NCBI GenBank assembly: GCA_010093995.1
Contig: ML992502.1
Span: forward strand, 635,717-699,716
Direction of reading: 5' to 3'
DNA: 64,000 nt
DNA from: Elsinoe ampelina
Taxonomy: Eukaryota
Part shown: piece by piece, positions 60,701-64,000 of the stretch
Layout: the number at the start of each line of letters is the position of its first letter
Numbering within the stretch: the stretch's first letter is position 1
Made by a program: the position numbers and the translations under genes
The notes under the pieces: model-generated
What the model was told of the DNA's origin: nothing
What the model saw: the letters and a program-made list of their open reading frames with translations, nothing else
The model's database searches: none

Positions 60701-63700
60701 TAAAGGAACACTTAAATTCCCTAAGTATAATTATAGAATATAGAGAGTATAATTAGCTCTACGGATACTAACTATAAGAATAGTATAGGTATAACTAATA
60801 GTTAGAGCTATTACTAGCGTAAGTAATTAAGCACTTCCGCTAGAATATAAAGACTTTAAGGACTTGTTTAAAGAAAAGAAAGGCATTATAGCCTTACTCT
60901 AACATAAACTATAGAATTATAAAATACTCTTTAAAGAGAGTAAATCCCTAATATACTATTAAGGTCTTATACTACTATCGAAATAAGAGGAGGACATCCT
61001 TAAGAACTATATTAACAAGTACCTACTTAAAGGATTTATATAACTATTAAAATTACCTATTACGCACGGAGTGCTTTTTATACCTAAAAAGGATAGAATG
61101 TTATAAATATACATTAATTACTAGAAACTTAATGCACTTACTAGGAAGAATTACTATCCCCTACTAAGGATTAATAAACTTTAAGACCGACTACTTAGAG
61201 CTAAATAGTTTACCGTAATTAACATTAGAAATACCTATTATTAAGTATAAATAAAGGAGGGTAAGGAGTAGAAAACGGCTTTTAGGACATAATAGAGTTT
61301 ATATAAGTACCTCTTTATACTCTTTAGGTTAACTAATACTCCTATAACCTTCTAAGAGTTAATTAATAACACTCTATAAGAATACCTTAACAACTTTATC
61401 TTAGCATATTTAGATAATATTATTATCTTCTTAAAGATATATAATAAACATATAGAATATGTTTATAAGGTGCTATAGAAACTAAAAGAAAAAGACTTAC
61501 TAGTAAAGCTCTCTAAGTGTAAGTTTTATAAATATAAGATACAATTTCTAGACTATGTTATATCTACTAATAGTATTAGACCCGATCTAAATAAGATTAA
61601 GTTAGTAAATAACTAGCCGGAACCTACTATAGTTAAGAAGGTTTAAGTACTACTAGAATTCTTTAACTACTATTATAAGTTTATTAAAGGATTCTCTAAG
61701 GTAGCTACGCTAATATCTAACCTTACGAAGAAGGAAACTAGCTTTGTCTTTAACAAAAAGTGTAGGTAGGCCTTTAAGGAGCTAAAGCTTAGACTTATAA
61801 TAGTACCTATCCTAGTACTCTTCGACCTAGACTAATAAGCACTACTAGAAATAGATGCCTTAGACTTTGTAATAGAAGCGTGTCTAGCGTAGAAGGACGT
61901 AGAAGAATAACGCTGCCTAATTATATACTACTTACGAAAAATAACTAGACCTAAACTTAACTACGACATATATAACAAGAAGTTACTTATAATTATAAAA
62001 GCATTCTATAAGTAAAGAGTATACCTAGAAGGAACAACCTTACCTATATAAGTCTATACTAACTATAAGAACCTATTATATTAGATAATAACTAAGGTTC
62101 TTAATAGATAATAGATTTAATAGTTAGAAACACTTATAAGCTACAACTTTTAGATCTACTATGTTAAGGGATTAGAGAACAGTAGAGTAGACGCTCTTAG
62201 CTAACAACTAGATTACTTAAAGAATATAATAATAATAGAGGCCTCTATACTAAAGTAGTAAGACGGCGCTCTAGTCTATAAGTACCTAAAGGTAGAGTAG
62301 TTATATAGCCTTACCTAGGAGCTTACGTAAGAATAGAAGAAAGAAGTTATTTAAATATACTATAACGACCTAATAGTAGAGCATAGCAGGATTAATAAGA
62401 CTATTAAACTTATTATATAAAACTACCTATAGAAAGGACTCTAAAATAATATTAAGACGTATATTACTATATACGATACATACTACAAGTCTAAGTACTT
62501 ATAATATAAGCTATATAGGCTATTATAACTCTTACTACTACTAGACAAACTATAGTAATTAGTCACGATAGACTTTATAGGACCTCTACTACTATTAGAA
62601 GAACCTCTTATAGGTATAAAGTATAATAGCATTCTAGTTCTAGTAGATAGGTTTACGAAGTATTACTACTTTATACTATATAAGACAATAGTAACTACCG
62701 AGGATATAGCCTTTACCTTTCTCTAAATAATTGTTTTATAACATAGAGTACTACGAGACTTAATAACTAATAGGGATAAGCTATTTACGTTATAATTCTA
62801 GTAATTATTTATAGATCTACTAGGAGTTAAACATAAGCTATTAACTTTCTTTTATCTATAAACGGACAAATAAACTAAATAGGCAAATTAAGTACTAGAA
62901 TAGTACCTACGCTACTACCTAAACTATAAGTAAGACTTATAAGTAACACTATTACTACTTGTAGAGCTTGCTGTTAATAATAGAAAGTTAGCTAATAAAA
63001 TTTTACTATTTTATATAAACTATAGAATATACCTAGATCTATACTATAATATACTCGGAATTAAGCTAATATCTAAGGATACTAATATACTAGTAGCTAA
63101 TATTAAGAAACTATATACCTAGCTATACTACGATATAGTATTTATATTATAAAGAATAGTAGAGTTTACTAACTAGAAGAGAATTACAAGACTAATTCTA
63201 TAGAAGAGAGAGAAAGTTTACCTCCTTAGTAGAAATATTAAAACGAAACAACTAAGTAAGAAACTTAACTACACTAAACTAGGACCCTTTAAGATCCTAG
63301 AAAAGAAAAATAAAAACGTATACAAACTAGAACTACTAAGATATATAAGGATCTATCTAGTCTTTTATATATTACTACTAGAGAAAGTACTATAGAATAC
63401 TATACCCGGACCTATTAAACTAGATAAAGAAACATAGGAGCTATAGTATAAGATTAAAAGAGTTTTATATTATAAATCTATAAGGGGAAAGCGTTACTAT
63501 CTTATCCACTAGAAAGGATATTAGTATAGTAAAGTAATATAGGAACTAGAGAAACACCTTACCTCGTAAGTAATTCTAGATTACTAGACTAAAAACCTAT
63601 CCTAAGTAAACTAACTAGGTAGGCCCGACACTACTAATACTAAACAAAAACGAGAATGCCTAAGAAAGACTACTTAGCTAATAGAAGTACTCTAATTATT

Positions 63701-64000
63701 ACTAAATAAGAAACTCTAATTAGAGTTAGGCATAAATAATCGCTAGTCCTATAGTAGGATAGGATCTACTAATAATAGTATTTCCTCCTACTCTAAGACT
63801 TAAATATAGGTCTCCTCTAGAGAAATTACTTTATCTACCTTATCCTCTAACTTTTATATCTCTTCGCGTAGGTAAAGCTTATTACCTATAGCTCTTTAAT
63901 AAGTCTCTTTTGCCTTTTTATAAGCTTCTTTAGCTTCCCTTCTAGTAGCTTTAGCTATAACTAATTCCTTTCGTAAGTAAATATACTTAGACTAGAGACG
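57745..64000 (+). mobile_element. RIP-degraded Ty3/gypsy chromovirus (5' LTR 57745-58207, gag, PR, RT, RNase H, IN, chromodomain); 3' LTR lies outside the window
   Basis: RIP forms of gag KVLYA..HL.GAAF.WFEP (~58510), CCHC knuckle (~59090-59136), protease MIDSGA (~60425), RT AYLDD (~61404), RNase H ETDASD (~61848), integrase MDFIGPL (~62568) and chromodomain YLIHWKGY (~63498), in gypsy order. Confidence 0.95.

Noticed and set aside
1..64000. tRNA, rRNA or telomeric repeats
   Set aside because: None recognised by eye; tRNAscan-SE and Infernal were not run, so small RNA genes cannot be excluded.

Overview
Filamentous ascomycete (probably dothideomycete-like; inference) genomic window: about 25 protein-coding genes, many with short introns, plus four AT-rich transposon blocks with strong TpA excess typical of RIP. 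The left end is a Ty1/copia element (minus strand, LTR 1439-1697). The right end starts with the same LTR in the opposite orientation (57526), interrupted by a chromodomain-bearing Ty3/gypsy element. Internally there is a Fot1/pogo DNA transposon (33788-36840) carrying a solo LTR of that gypsy family, and a Tigger/pogo-like transposon (51993-53983). Genes at 3-26 kb are mostly housekeeping (VNX1, RPT6, tyrosine phosphatase, E2, BTB, HGH1, Cox14-like). Those at 26-57 kb are mostly surface, oxidoreductase or orphan genes. The most unusual signals are: an un-RIPed array of about ten ~73-bp palindromic-core repeats (55.37-56.05 kb) upstream of an orphan gene; two adjacent orphan membrane genes sharing a C-terminal KR..NPLSPxF motif; recurring C/A-to-G/T strand-skew switches; and inverted near-identical LTRs bracketing the whole 56-kb gene block. 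All calls come from reading the sequence; no searches were run.
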